Notes: a model not told the origin generated them from the letters alone. A stretch of DNA of 64,000 nucleotides from an uncultured Candidatus Saccharibacteria bacterium (GCA_963551825.1 CAUVHJ010000001.1:25833-89832), one strand, 5' to 3'. Shown: positions 9,656 through 19,056, counted from the stretch's first letter. Program-made: numbers and translations.

Positions 9656-10047
9656 ATCTTATTGTCGCCTCTCTTTAGAGAGGTGATTTTAGTTAGATTC
9701 TGTAGAGCCCTCTGTGCGGTAGTGAAGCAAGTTAGCCTGGTGGGGTTAGACAGAAGAGAGCAATCGTGGGGTAGTAAGTCGCCAGCCGATAGGGCTAAGG
9801 CGTCAGCTAGAGGCTTGTCGGTAATTGCACCAATTAGCTTCTCGGCGCCATAGGTGGCGATACTGCAGAGCTGACCGGTGTAGCTGGCTCTAGTGATGAT
9901 ACCGCCCTTGATGTCCAGATACAGTTCGATCCGGTCGCCACAGCCGGGATTACCGTCGGTCAGGGGAGATATATGAGCAAGCTCTCCTTGGTGTCGGGGG
10001 TGACGATGGGTAAAGATGATGTCGTCCAGCAGGCTTTGATCGTTCAT
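9598..10047 (-). CDS. sufU: SufU/IscU-type Fe-S cluster scaffold or sulfur-transfer protein
   Basis: Motifs are NPGCGDRIELYL, GQLCSIATYGAE and RLTCFTTAQRAL (three conserved Cys positions). The last ~19 codons read antisense through tRNA-Lys, overlapping it at 9598..9655. Confidence 0.75.
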   Translation of the reverse strand: MNDQSLLDDIIFTHRHPRHQGELAHISPLTDGNPGCGDRIELYLDIKGGIITRASYTGQLCSIATYGAEKLIGAITDKPLADALALSAGDLLPHDCSLLSNPTRLTCFTTAQRALQNLTKITSLKRGDNKIGESGGTRTHDTRLKRPVL

Positions 10048-10049
10048 GC

Positions 10050-11216
10050 CTAGCCACCTAGCCGATTAAGGGCTTGCTTGTAGCCGGTGATGAAGCGGTC
10101 GATATCTTGCTGAGTGTTATAAATACCGAGTGAAGCTCGGATAACGCCCCGGGCTTCGCCGAGGTGTTGCGCCGGAATATCGGCACAGGATTTGCCGGCC
10201 CGGACGATGATCTGCTGTGACTCTAGAAGCATGGCGATATCGTGGGGGTGAACGGTGGGGTGAGCCAGAGAAAAGATGGGGACGTGCCGGGTGGCCGGGT
10301 CGGTAGGGCCGATGAGGAACCGATCGAGCCGGTGTTGCCGGAGTTGATCAAGGAAATACTCGCCCAGAGCTTCTTCCCGGTGGCGAAATGCTCTGAGCAG
10401 CTGAAGACCCACCCTTAGCCCCAATGCCCCCTCGATATTAGGAGTGCCCGGCTCAAACCGTTCGGTAGATGATAGCAGCTTATAGTCGGATCGGTCAATG
10501 TAGCTAAAGGTTTGACTACCATAAACCATCGGTATTAGGCTCTGAAGTTGGTCATCGGCGATGTATAGCACCCCCAGTCCGGTCATGCCGTATACTTTGT
10601 GGGCTGAATAGACCAGAAAGTCGCTGTTGAGCCGGTCAATACTGACATCCAGGTGCGGTACAGCCTGGGTGGCATCAACTAAGATGAGGCCGCCCTGCTT
10701 CCTGATCTGGGTAGTCAAATTGTGATAGTCATAGACTTCGCCTGTCAGATTAGAGACCAGACTGTAGCTAAACAGTTTGACCATGGGGAGGTCTGATAGA
10801 GGTAGCTCCTCCATATATTTCACCTGAGCACCGGTCTGCTTCGCTAATGCCAACCAAGGCAGCAGGTTGGAATTATGCTCGTGGAGTGTTAACAAGATGA
10901 TATCGCCGGGGTGGAGGGTGTGCTGAATGCCGTACCTTACCATATTGATGGCGTAGGTGCTGGAATAGGTAAAGACGATGTTATTGCTCTTCGCCCCGAT
11001 TAGCCCCCCGGCGTCTTGGTGGGCCAGCTGATATTGCCTGGTGACCCAAGTCGACCAATCGGTGCTACTGCGCCCGACGTTCGTCAGGTGATGGTGATAA
11101 TACTTGGCCAGTGCTTTCAGCAGCAAGTCAGATTTCAGGGTGGTATTAGCGCTATCCAGGTAGACTAGCTCGGGGTGGCTGGTTAGGATGGGAAAGAGTG
11201 ATCGTACTTTAATCAT
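10050..11216 (-). CDS. sufS: Cysteine desulfurase, SufS-like class V aminotransferase
   Basis: The PLP-lysine motif SAHKVYG and the catalytic Cys loop RAGKSCADIPAQHLG are present. The gene sits within the suf cluster. Confidence 0.85.
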   Translation of the reverse strand: MIKVRSLFPILTSHPELVYLDSANTTLKSDLLLKALAKYYHHHLTNVGRSSTDWSTWVTRQYQLAHQDAGGLIGAKSNNIVFTYSSTYAINMVRYGIQHTLHPGDIILLTLHEHNSNLLPWLALAKQTGAQVKYMEELPLSDLPMVKLFSYSLVSNLTGEVYDYHNLTTQIRKQGGLILVDATQAVPHLDVSIDRLNSDFLVYSAHKVYGMTGLGVLYIADDQLQSLIPMVYGSQTFSYIDRSDYKLLSSTERFEPGTPNIEGALGLRVGLQLLRAFRHREEALGEYFLDQLRQHRLDRFLIGPTDPATRHVPIFSLAHPTVHPHDIAMLLESQQIIVRAGKSCADIPAQHLGEARGVIRASLGIYNTQQDIDRFITGYKQALNRLGG

Positions 11217-11217
11217 C

Positions 11218-11643
11218 TTATAATCTTACTCCATTATGATACCGGGCGGTTACCTCCGAGACTATTAGCTGCCAAGCCTGATCTTTGGTGAGGCCTCGGC
11301 TCATCAGGTAAAAGAGCTCATTCTTGCCGATATGCTTAGTGGTTAGAGCATGTCCTGCCTGGCACTGATTATTATCTATCTCGAGGTTGGGGGCAGCCTG
11401 GACAGTCGCCCGGTCACTGGTGATGACGATGATCTCGAGCCAGGCGTGGCTATCGACGGCGGACGACCTGATGGTGGTAGTAGCTTGCAACTTAACCTTA
11501 GCTTGCTTACCGGCCACGATGCAGATAGAGATATTTGACCAGGTGTGAGGTTCTCGGTGGACGAAATGGAGCTTGACCGTCCGCCGCCGGTTAGTCCGGA
11601 GCAGATACTTCTGTTTGATATCGCCTATGATATATCGTCTCAT
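11218..11643 (-). CDS. sufD: Short SufD-like protein (about 141 aa)
   Basis: The C-terminus NELFYLMSRGLTKDQAWQLIV parallels the SufB C-terminus WQLFYLMSRGLDEDEATGLII. ATG 11643..11641 overlaps the sufB stop as ATGA. The longer ORF running to 11802 would overlap sufB by about 160 nt. Confidence 0.55.
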   Translation of the reverse strand: MRRYIIGDIKQKYLLRTNRRRTVKLHFVHREPHTWSNISICIVAGKQAKVKLQATTTIRSSAVDSHAWLEIIVITSDRATVQAAPNLEIDNNQCQAGHALTTKHIGKNELFYLMSRGLTKDQAWQLIVSEVTARYHNGVRL

Positions 11644-12968
11644 CCGACCGACCCCTCCATAGATAGCTCGATCAGACGATTGAGCTCGACGGCATATTCC
11701 ATCGGTAAGTTGCTGATGATGGGCTCGATAAAACCTTGGATGATCAGGCCGGTGGCTTCGTCCTCGTCCAAGCCTCGACTCATCAAATAAAAGAGCTGCC
11801 ACTCGTTGATCCGTCCGGTCGTTGCCTCGTGACTAAGATTAGCGTCAGACCGCTTGATGACGCTGGTGGGATAAGTATTAGAGAGACTGTCGCTACTTAG
11901 CAGAAGTGTATCGCATTTGGTAGCAGAGCGAGCGTTGGCGGCTTGGTCATCAATGACGATCTCGCCTCGGTAAGTACTGGAGCCGTCGCCGGAGCAAATT
12001 GATTTGGCAACGACGGTTGATGAAGTATCCGGTGCAAGGTGGATTGCCTTGCCGCCGTTATCTTGCTTTTGCCCTGACTTGGCGGTAGCTAAGGAGAGGA
12101 TATTACCTCTGGCGCCTCGTTCAGCCAGTACGAGACAAGGGTACTTCATGGTCAGTTGTGAGCCGATATTACCATCGATCCATTCGCCGATACCTTCTTC
12201 CTTGACCAGCATCCGCTGGGTGGTCAGATTGATCACATTAGTTGACCAGTTCTGGATAGTGGTGTAGCGGGCTCGGGCATGTGGTTTGACGATTACCTCG
12301 ACTACGGCGGCGTGTAGAGTATTCCGACTAAAGACCGGCGCAGAGCAACCTTCGACGTATTGCACGGTCGAGCCTTGATCGGCGATGATCAGACTTCGTT
12401 CAAACTGCCCGACATTGCTGACGTCGATCAGGAAATAAGCTTGCAGGGGGATGGTCAGATGCACGTCGGGCGGGACATAGATGAAGCTACCGCCACTCCA
12501 GACGGCAGTATTAAGGGCGGCGAATTTGTTATCTCTACTGGAGACAACAGTACCGAAATACTCCCGGAAGAGGTCGGGGTGCTGTCTCAGGGCGGTATCG
12601 GTATCGGTAAAGATCACCCCCTGACTCTGCCATTCTTCTTTGAGACGGTTATAAATAGCGGTGGAATCAGTCTGGGCTTGGCTGCCGGCTAAGTAGCGCT
12701 GCTCTGCCTCAGGTAGACCAATCTCTTGATAAGTTTGTTTGATCTCATCGGGGATTTGATCCCAGTTATCCGCTACCTGCTCTCCGACCGGATGATAGTA
12801 ATCAATCGTGCTGAAGTCTAGGCTGCTTAGATCCGGACCGAAGTTAGGCATTGGCCGGCGGACGAACTCGTGATAGGCCTCCAGGCGAATATCCAGCATC
12901 CAGCTCGGCTCGTGCTTCATAGCCGAGATATGTCGGATAGTTGCCTCGGATAGACCGACCGTAGACAA
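11640..12968 (-). CDS. sufB: Fe-S cluster assembly protein SufB
   Basis: The 442-aa product has a beta-helix-type repeat region and a conserved C-terminus FYLMSRGLDEDEATGLIIQGF. It lies directly downstream of sufC. Confidence 0.88.
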   Translation of the reverse strand: MSTVGLSEATIRHISAMKHEPSWMLDIRLEAYHEFVRRPMPNFGPDLSSLDFSTIDYYHPVGEQVADNWDQIPDEIKQTYQEIGLPEAEQRYLAGSQAQTDSTAIYNRLKEEWQSQGVIFTDTDTALRQHPDLFREYFGTVVSSRDNKFAALNTAVWSGGSFIYVPPDVHLTIPLQAYFLIDVSNVGQFERSLIIADQGSTVQYVEGCSAPVFSRNTLHAAVVEVIVKPHARARYTTIQNWSTNVINLTTQRMLVKEEGIGEWIDGNIGSQLTMKYPCLVLAERGARGNILSLATAKSGQKQDNGGKAIHLAPDTSSTVVAKSICSGDGSSTYRGEIVIDDQAANARSATKCDTLLLSSDSLSNTYPTSVIKRSDANLSHEATTGRINEWQLFYLMSRGLDEDEATGLIIQGFIEPIISNLPMEYAVELNRLIELSMEGSVG

Positions 12969-12970
12969 AG

Positions 12971-13645
12971 CTAGAGCTCCTCCAGGTTGTAGGTGACGGT
13001 GGGCTTGAGTTCGTTTAATAGGTGGTCGTGATGAGAGATGACGATCAGGCTGGTCGGGTAGTCGATGGCGAGTAAGCGTTCGGCCAGCCGACTAACACTA
13101 TCTCGGTCCAGCCCCGAGTCCGGCTCATCGAGAAGGGCAAAACGGGGACGAATAGCTAACATCTGAAGGATCTCAGATTTCTTCTTTTCACCGCCACTGA
13201 AGCCGGCATTGAGCTGACGTTGCGGGTCGAAGTCATCAAAGCCGAGCCGGCTGGCATCTTGCTTGAGCTCGTCCAGTACGTCGAAGAAATTGCGTTCACC
13301 GGTATCAATATTAGCCAGTACGGAGCGGAGAAAATTACTATAGCTGATGGGGATTTCGATCGGTGACTGCATAGCCAGGAAGATGCCTAGCTTAGCTCGC
13401 TCGTTAGATGGCAGATCGGTAATATCTGTCCCGTCTAGCCGGATTTGCCCTGAGACTATCCGGTACTCCGGCGAGCCCATGATGGCGCTGACCAGGGTAG
13501 TCTTGCCGCAGCCGTTATGACCGAGCAGGGCGTAGTTGGTCCGGTCACTAAAGTGCAGGGATATATCTTTAATGATCTGCTTACCGTCTTTGGTGGCTAT
13601 GGTTAATTGCTTTATTTCTAACCCTTTTCTCATGCTCCCTCTCAT
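12971..13645 (-). CDS. sufC: Fe-S cluster assembly ATPase SufC
   Basis: Walker A GHNGCGKTT, signature FSGGEKKKSEILQ and Walker B FALLDEPDSGLD are present. Confidence 0.9.
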   Translation of the reverse strand: MRGSMRKGLEIKQLTIATKDGKQIIKDISLHFSDRTNYALLGHNGCGKTTLVSAIMGSPEYRIVSGQIRLDGTDITDLPSNERAKLGIFLAMQSPIEIPISYSNFLRSVLANIDTGERNFFDVLDELKQDASRLGFDDFDPQRQLNAGFSGGEKKKSEILQMLAIRPRFALLDEPDSGLDRDSVSRLAERLLAIDYPTSLIVISHHDHLLNELKPTVTYNLEEL

Positions 13646-13750
13646 CTTAGCCTAAGTAATCCGGTACTTTTCCACAGTCCGGATCACTGTCGCTATCTAT
13701 AGCGTCTGTTGCAAAAAGCATAACGCTAATTGTGTGGTTACTTATTGACT

Positions 13751-13799
13751 ACACCATATCTTGGTGAGTACAATCTATCATACACGCAACATATAGCGT
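13751..13799 (+). promoter_or_regulatory. Two candidate NrdR boxes upstream of nrdD
   Basis: The sites are acaccatatcttggtg (13751..13766; arms CACCA/TGGTG) and acgcaacatatagcgt (13784..13799; arms ACGC/GCGT), with centres 33 bp apart. Hand-scored against the published NrdR consensus acaCwAtATaTwGtgt, they match 11/16 and 13/16. Confidence 0.4.
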
Positions 13800-13830
13800 A
13801 TGCAACAAACAAAGTCATAAGGAGGGCAGG

Positions 13831-16185
13831 ATGCTGAAGTCGGTGCAGAAGAGGGATGGCCGGATCGTCAGTTTTAATCAAGCAAATATCGCTACGGCTA
13901 TCGCCAAGGCGGGAGCAGCTACCAAGGAGTTTAGCAGTAAGGAAGCAACTAAGCTGGCGGGCAAGGTGACGGACAAACTGAGCCAGGAGTACGACGGGAC
14001 GATCCCGACGGTGGAGCAGATTCAGGACGAGGTGGAGGATATCCTGATGAACTCCAGCTACAAGACGACGGCTAAGGCATATATTGTCTACCGGGACGAA
14101 CGGTCTAAAGTGCGCGGTTCAAAGTCTCGGCTGATGTCGCAATTTGATATCATTACCGGCTCGCTGGCAAAGGACTCCAGCGATCTCAAGCGTTCTAATG
14201 CTAACGTCAATGGTGATACTGCTATGGGTAAGATGCTTCAGTATGGTGAGGAAGGATCGAAAGAGTATGCTAAGACTTTCCTGCTCCGACCGGAGCATGT
14301 CCGAGCTCACGACGATGGCGATATCCATATCCATGACCTTGACTTCTATGCCACCGGAACGCTGACTTGCTGTCAGACCGACCCGCTGAAATTGTTTGCT
14401 AATGGCGGCTTCTCGACGGGGCATGGCTTCTTAAGGACGCCTAATAGCATCGGTAGTTATGCTGCTTTGACAGCGATCATCCTGCAGTCAAATCAGAATG
14501 AGCAACACGGCGGGCAAGCTATCCCCAACTTCGACTGGGCGATGGCGCCGGGCGTTAATAAGACTTACCGTAAAGCCGTTCAGTCAAATGTCGAGCATTA
14601 CAATGACTTTACCGGTAAAAAAATCAAGCTTGACCCGGCTAAGCTGGAGAAGCTGACCTATACCGAGCGGATCAAAGGTATCCCGGCTAAGATCTTTGAC
14701 TTCGCTATCAAGGAGACTAAGCGCCAGACTTATCAGGCGATGGAAGGCTTGGTGCATAATCTGAATACGATGCATTCTCGAGCAGGTGCCCAGGTGCCTT
14801 TCACCAGTCTGAACTTTGGTACTGATACTTCCCCCGAGGGGCATCTGGCTAGTGAGCAATTCTTACTGGCGACCGAGGCGGGGCTGGGGCACGGCGAGAC
14901 GCCGATCTTCCCGATCAGCATCTTCAAAGTAAAGGAAGGCGTGAATTATAACCCGGAGGATCCTAACTACGATCTATTCAAGTTGGCAATGCGAGTCTCG
15001 AGCAAGCGACTCTTCCCTAACTTCGTCTTCATTGATGCGCCGTTTAACCTAAAGTATTACAAGCCGGGTGATTATAAGTCTGAGATTGCTACCATGGGCT
15101 GTCGCACCAGGGTCTATGAGTCGATCTTTCCTGAGTCGAACGGTACTACGATCGGGCGAGGCAACTTATCCTTTACCAGTATCAATCTACCGCGGCTGGG
15201 TATCAAGCACGGTATCTGTCTGGGCAAACGCAGTAAACCGGACTGGAAGGGATTTTATAAAGAGCTGGATGACTTGATGGATCTGGTAGCCGACCAGTTA
15301 TATCAGCGCTATAAGTTTCAGTCTAATATGCTGGTGCGTAACTTCCCCTTCCTGATGGGGCAAGGCAACTGGCTTGGTAGTGAGAAGCTTGGTCCGGATG
15401 ATCGACTGGAAGCGGTCACTAAGCACGGCACTCTCTCGATCGGTTTTATCGGGCTGGCTGAGGCACTGGTGGCGATGACCGGTCATCATCATGGCGAGTC
15501 GGATGAGATACAGGCTAAAGGGCTGGAAATTATCGGTCACATGCGTCAGCGAGCTGATTATTATAAGGATGAGAAGTATCATCTGAACTATGGCATCTTG
15601 GGTACGCCGGCTGAGGGATTGTCGGGTCGTTTCACTCGGATAGATCGTCAGCATTTCGGCAAGATCAAAGGCGTGACCGACCGGGAGTTCTATACTAATT
15701 CCTTCCATGTGCCGGTTTACTATCAGATAGGAGCCTTTAATAAGATTGATAAAGAAGCGCCCTATCACAAGCTGTGCAGTGCCGGGCACATCACCTACAT
15801 TGAGCTGGATGGTGATCCCAGCCAGAATATTGAGGCTTTCGAGACGGTGATTCGCCATATGAAAGAGGCGGGGATCGGCTATGGTTCGGTTAACCATCCG
15901 GTTGACCGTGACCCGGTTTGCGGCTTCACCGGCATCATCTACGATGATGTTTGCCCCAGCTGCGGCCGACATGAAGCGGACGGGCCCAGCTTTGAACGTT
16001 TGCGTCGGATCACCGGCTACCTGGTCGGCTCACTGGATCGCTGGAATGATGCGAAGCAGGCTGAGGAAAAGGCTCGGGTCAAGCATGGGGTGACGGTCAA
16101 TAAAAATGGTGTCTATACTACCGAGCAAAAAGCCGAGCGGGAGCTCCAGAAAGCTAATCAAGCCAAGATGATGGCTAAGGTCTGA
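13831..16185 (+). CDS. nrdD: Anaerobic ribonucleoside-triphosphate reductase (class III)
   Basis: An SD (AAGGAGGG) lies 3 nt upstream. The product has an N-terminal ATP-cone (VQKRDGRIVSFNQANIATAI), a C-terminal CPSCG zinc site and the glycyl-radical motif RRITGYLVG. Confidence 0.92.
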   Translation: MLKSVQKRDGRIVSFNQANIATAIAKAGAATKEFSSKEATKLAGKVTDKLSQEYDGTIPTVEQIQDEVEDILMNSSYKTTAKAYIVYRDERSKVRGSKSRLMSQFDIITGSLAKDSSDLKRSNANVNGDTAMGKMLQYGEEGSKEYAKTFLLRPEHVRAHDDGDIHIHDLDFYATGTLTCCQTDPLKLFANGGFSTGHGFLRTPNSIGSYAALTAIILQSNQNEQHGGQAIPNFDWAMAPGVNKTYRKAVQSNVEHYNDFTGKKIKLDPAKLEKLTYTERIKGIPAKIFDFAIKETKRQTYQAMEGLVHNLNTMHSRAGAQVPFTSLNFGTDTSPEGHLASEQFLLATEAGLGHGETPIFPISIFKVKEGVNYNPEDPNYDLFKLAMRVSSKRLFPNFVFIDAPFNLKYYKPGDYKSEIATMGCRTRVYESIFPESNGTTIGRGNLSFTSINLPRLGIKHGICLGKRSKPDWKGFYKELDDLMDLVADQLYQRYKFQSNMLVRNFPFLMGQGNWLGSEKLGPDDRLEAVTKHGTLSIGFIGLAEALVAMTGHHHGESDEIQAKGLEIIGHMRQRADYYKDEKYHLNYGILGTPAEGLSGRFTRIDRQHFGKIKGVTDREFYTNSFHVPVYYQIGAFNKIDKEAPYHKLCSAGHITYIELDGDPSQNIEAFETVIRHMKEAGIGYGSVNHPVDRDPVCGFTGIIYDDVCPSCGRHEADGPSFERLRRITGYLVGSLDRWNDAKQAEEKARVKHGVTVNKNGVYTTEQKAERELQKANQAKMMAKV

Positions 16186-16186
16186 G

Positions 16187-16699
16187 ATGCAGCTGGCGGA
16201 CGATGAAATTAGGTTAGCCTCGCCGGTGGCGGGCGATAGTATCGTCGATGGACCGGGGCTCAGGGCGGTGGTTTGGTGCCAGGGCTGCTATAGAGCCTGC
16301 CCCGGCTGCCACAACCCTGAGACTTGGGATGTCCAGGCCGGTACGGTAGTCAAGATTGATTGGGTCAAGCAAAAGCTGCGTCAGATGGAGGGGCAGACCG
16401 GACTAACGCTGAGCGGTGGCGAACCGATGCTTCAGGCTAAGGCTTGCAAGGAGCTGGCCGACTGGGCACACCGAGAGATGGGCTGGAATGTACTGTCTTT
16501 CACCGGCTACCTATATGATGACATCAAAGCGGGGCGAGACTGGTCAACCCCCGAGATGTGGGAGCTGGTCAAGTCGATCGATATGTTGATTGATGGTCCG
16601 TTCATTCTGGCGGAGCGGGATCTATCGCTCAAGTTTCGAGGCTCTCGTAATCAACGTTTACTACACCTCAAAGATGGCGAGATCGTCAAGGTCGAATAG
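16187..16699 (+). CDS. nrdG: Anaerobic ribonucleotide reductase activating protein (radical SAM)
   Basis: The Cx3Cx2C cluster motif CYRACPGC and GLTLSGGEP are present. The gene is adjacent to nrdD. Confidence 0.85.
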   Translation: MQLADDEIRLASPVAGDSIVDGPGLRAVVWCQGCYRACPGCHNPETWDVQAGTVVKIDWVKQKLRQMEGQTGLTLSGGEPMLQAKACKELADWAHREMGWNVLSFTGYLYDDIKAGRDWSTPEMWELVKSIDMLIDGPFILAERDLSLKFRGSRNQRLLHLKDGEIVKVE

Positions 16700-16722
16700 C
16701 TGAGTATGATAGAATATCAGCT

Positions 16723-18123
16723 ATGAATGCTGACGAAATCAGGCGACGATTCTTAGAGTGCGCCAAAGAACATGGGCACACGGTGATTCCTCGTGCCAAG
16801 CTGGTGCCGGAGGATGATCAGACTACCCTATTTACCGGCTCGGGCATGCAGCCCTTACTCAAGTACCTGCTGGGCGAGCCTCATCCTCTGGGTACCAGGT
16901 TAGCCGACAGCCAGACTTGTGTTCGGGCGCAAGATATTGATGAGGTGGGAGATAATCGTCATACTACCTTCTTCGAGATGCTGGGTAATTGGAGCCTGGG
17001 GGACTACTTTAAGCGAGACCAGATCACCTGGTTTTTTAACTTCTTGGTCGACGAAGTCGGTCTGGATCCACGCCGACTATATGTGACTTGCTTTGCCGGT
17101 GATCCGGAGAACGGCATCCCTCGGGACGATGAGGCGGCTCAGATCTGGCAAGAATTATTTCAGAGCAAAGGCATTGAAGCTAAGCTGGCTGACATTGGCA
17201 GTGAGGCGCAGGGTGGTCAGCGAGGTATCAAGCCGGGCGAACGGATCTTCTTTTATGATGGCAGTAAGAACTGGTGGAGTCGTAATGGCGGTCCGTCAAC
17301 TACGCCGATGGGTGATCCCTGTGGTCCGGATAGCGAGGTCTTTTATGCCTTTGAGCATGTTGACCATGATCCGGCTTATGGTGATAAATGTCACCCTAAT
17401 TGCGATTGTGGTCACTACATGGAGATTGGTAATCAAGTCTTTACTCAGTACGTTCGTACTCCGGAGGGCTTTAAGAAGTTGCCGAAGCAGAACGTTGACT
17501 TCGGTGGCGGGCTGGAGCGGATTGCGGCGGCGGCGATCGATTCGCCGGATGTTTTTCGTACTTCTTTATTCATGCCGATCATTACTAAGCTGGAGCAGCT
17601 GAGCGGACGTAAATATGATGAAGAAAAACAGGCGATGCGGGTGATCGCTGACCATCTGAGAGCGGCTACCTTCTTAGCGGTTGATGGAGTTAAGCCAAGT
17701 AACAAGCAACAGGGCTATGTCATGCGTCGGCTAATCAGGCGAGCCATCCGCTTCGCCCTGGAGCTGGGGGTGGAGCAGAACTTCATGGAGGAGATCGTGC
17801 CGGTGGTAGCGGGGATTTACCGAGCGGACTTCCCTGAGGTAGAGGCAGGTCACGATGAAGTGGTGGCGGTACTGGTTAAGGAAGAGAAGGCTTTTCGTCG
17901 TACCCTGGCCAAGGGTCTAAGAGAGTTCGACAAGATGTCGGCTGATGGATTAACGGGTAGTGAGGTGTTCAAGCTATACGACACCTATGGCTTCCCAATT
18001 GAGCTATCGGTAGAGGAGGCGACTAAGCGTCGGCTTAAGATTGCCAATACCTGGCAAGCCGATTATAATGAGCTTATGAATCGCCAGCGCCAGCTCAGCC
18101 AAGCCGCAGGGAGGAAGTTCTGA
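16723..18123 (+). CDS. alaS: Alanine--tRNA ligase, aminoacylation plus tRNA-recognition domains only (466 aa; no editing or C-Ala domains)
   Basis: Class II AlaRS motifs are FTGSGMQP, HTTFFEMLGNWSLGDYFK and VDFGGGLERI. The protein ends at ADYNELMNRQRQLSQAAGRKF, where the linker to the editing domain normally begins. Confidence 0.85.
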   Translation: MNADEIRRRFLECAKEHGHTVIPRAKLVPEDDQTTLFTGSGMQPLLKYLLGEPHPLGTRLADSQTCVRAQDIDEVGDNRHTTFFEMLGNWSLGDYFKRDQITWFFNFLVDEVGLDPRRLYVTCFAGDPENGIPRDDEAAQIWQELFQSKGIEAKLADIGSEAQGGQRGIKPGERIFFYDGSKNWWSRNGGPSTTPMGDPCGPDSEVFYAFEHVDHDPAYGDKCHPNCDCGHYMEIGNQVFTQYVRTPEGFKKLPKQNVDFGGGLERIAAAAIDSPDVFRTSLFMPIITKLEQLSGRKYDEEKQAMRVIADHLRAATFLAVDGVKPSNKQQGYVMRRLIRRAIRFALELGVEQNFMEEIVPVVAGIYRADFPEVEAGHDEVVAVLVKEEKAFRRTLAKGLREFDKMSADGLTGSEVFKLYDTYGFPIELSVEEATKRRLKIANTWQADYNELMNRQRQLSQAAGRKF

Positions 18124-19055
18124 TGTCATCTCTGAGAATGCAGTATCAGATGCCCATCCACGACCTCAATCGTTATCTTGCCGTAGCTAACGGTTACTAT
18201 ACTGTCAGGAAGATTGCGAGAGCGCTGGAGACGCAAGCGTCGCAACGACATAGTATCCTATCTTGTAAAATACAATATAGTGTCGATTATTATCGGATGA
18301 TTCTAAACATTGAGTGTTGTAACGTTGACCAAATAAGCTCGGCTATCATGTCGGCTATAAGTGGTGGTCAAACGGTTGATAACGAGATGATAAACAAATG
18401 CCTTAATCAGCTTCCGGCCAGGTTTGGAGAGCGTATTGAGCTGGCTAATGAATATATCCAGGAAAATATGACAAGCTTATGGCGAGTGGGGTGTTTGCCG
18501 ATCATTGATACTGAGATAATAGAGGATATTTTGCCGGATAGCTTGTCTTCCGAGGACAATAAGACCTGTGTCAAACGTCGGATGCCTGTACAGCGGGGGA
18601 TCTGGACGATTGATCTGGAGCTAAAACAGATAGATCTGACAGATCGAGTACTTTTGCCGATCATAATGACGACGATTGGTGGTCTGATGGATAATATGGC
18701 ATACTTGCACGGGCTACACTACCTGGGTGGTAAGATTATTAACGGTGATAGCGACAACGCATCACTTCGTTACAATTGTTACCACGTTCCATCCATTAGC
18801 TGTTCAATTGAAGACTTCCGATCTGAGTTGGAGCAGAAACTGGCGCAAGAAAGCTTTTATGATGAGGATGTCGACAATCTGATTATGATGATCGAAGAGC
18901 AGATTATGTGCTTTGATCCGGTAGACGACTACCTTGAGACGGGCGTGCTAATTGATCGAAACAAGCTGATGTACCATGTGATGACCAAAGATAATCTAAA
19001 TGCGACTCTGGCAAAGCTAAAGGTTAGATCTATAAGCAATGGAGGCATTGACTAG
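18123..19055 (+). CDS. Hypothetical protein (A+T-rich gene, translationally coupled to alaS)
   Basis: The junction TGATG overlaps the alaS stop, and an SD (GGGAGG, 18109..18114) lies 8 nt upstream. A weak by-eye resemblance to the non-catalytic M16 (pitrilysin-like) fold exists (LLPIIMTTIGGLMDNMAYLHGLHY). There is no HxxEH motif. Confidence 0.55.
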   Translation: MSSLRMQYQMPIHDLNRYLAVANGYYTVRKIARALETQASQRHSILSCKIQYSVDYYRMILNIECCNVDQISSAIMSAISGGQTVDNEMINKCLNQLPARFGERIELANEYIQENMTSLWRVGCLPIIDTEIIEDILPDSLSSEDNKTCVKRRMPVQRGIWTIDLELKQIDLTDRVLLPIIMTTIGGLMDNMAYLHGLHYLGGKIINGDSDNASLRYNCYHVPSISCSIEDFRSELEQKLAQESFYDEDVDNLIMMIEEQIMCFDPVDDYLETGVLIDRNKLMYHVMTKDNLNATLAKLKVRSISNGGID

Positions 19056-19056
19056 T

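Noticed and set aside
11644-11802. The N-terminal 53 codons of the 194-aa ORF 11218..11802.
   Set aside because: They would overlap the conserved sufB C-terminus by about 160 nt and are Arg/His-rich shadow sequence. The internal ATG at 11643 forms a classic ATGA overlap with the sufB stop.
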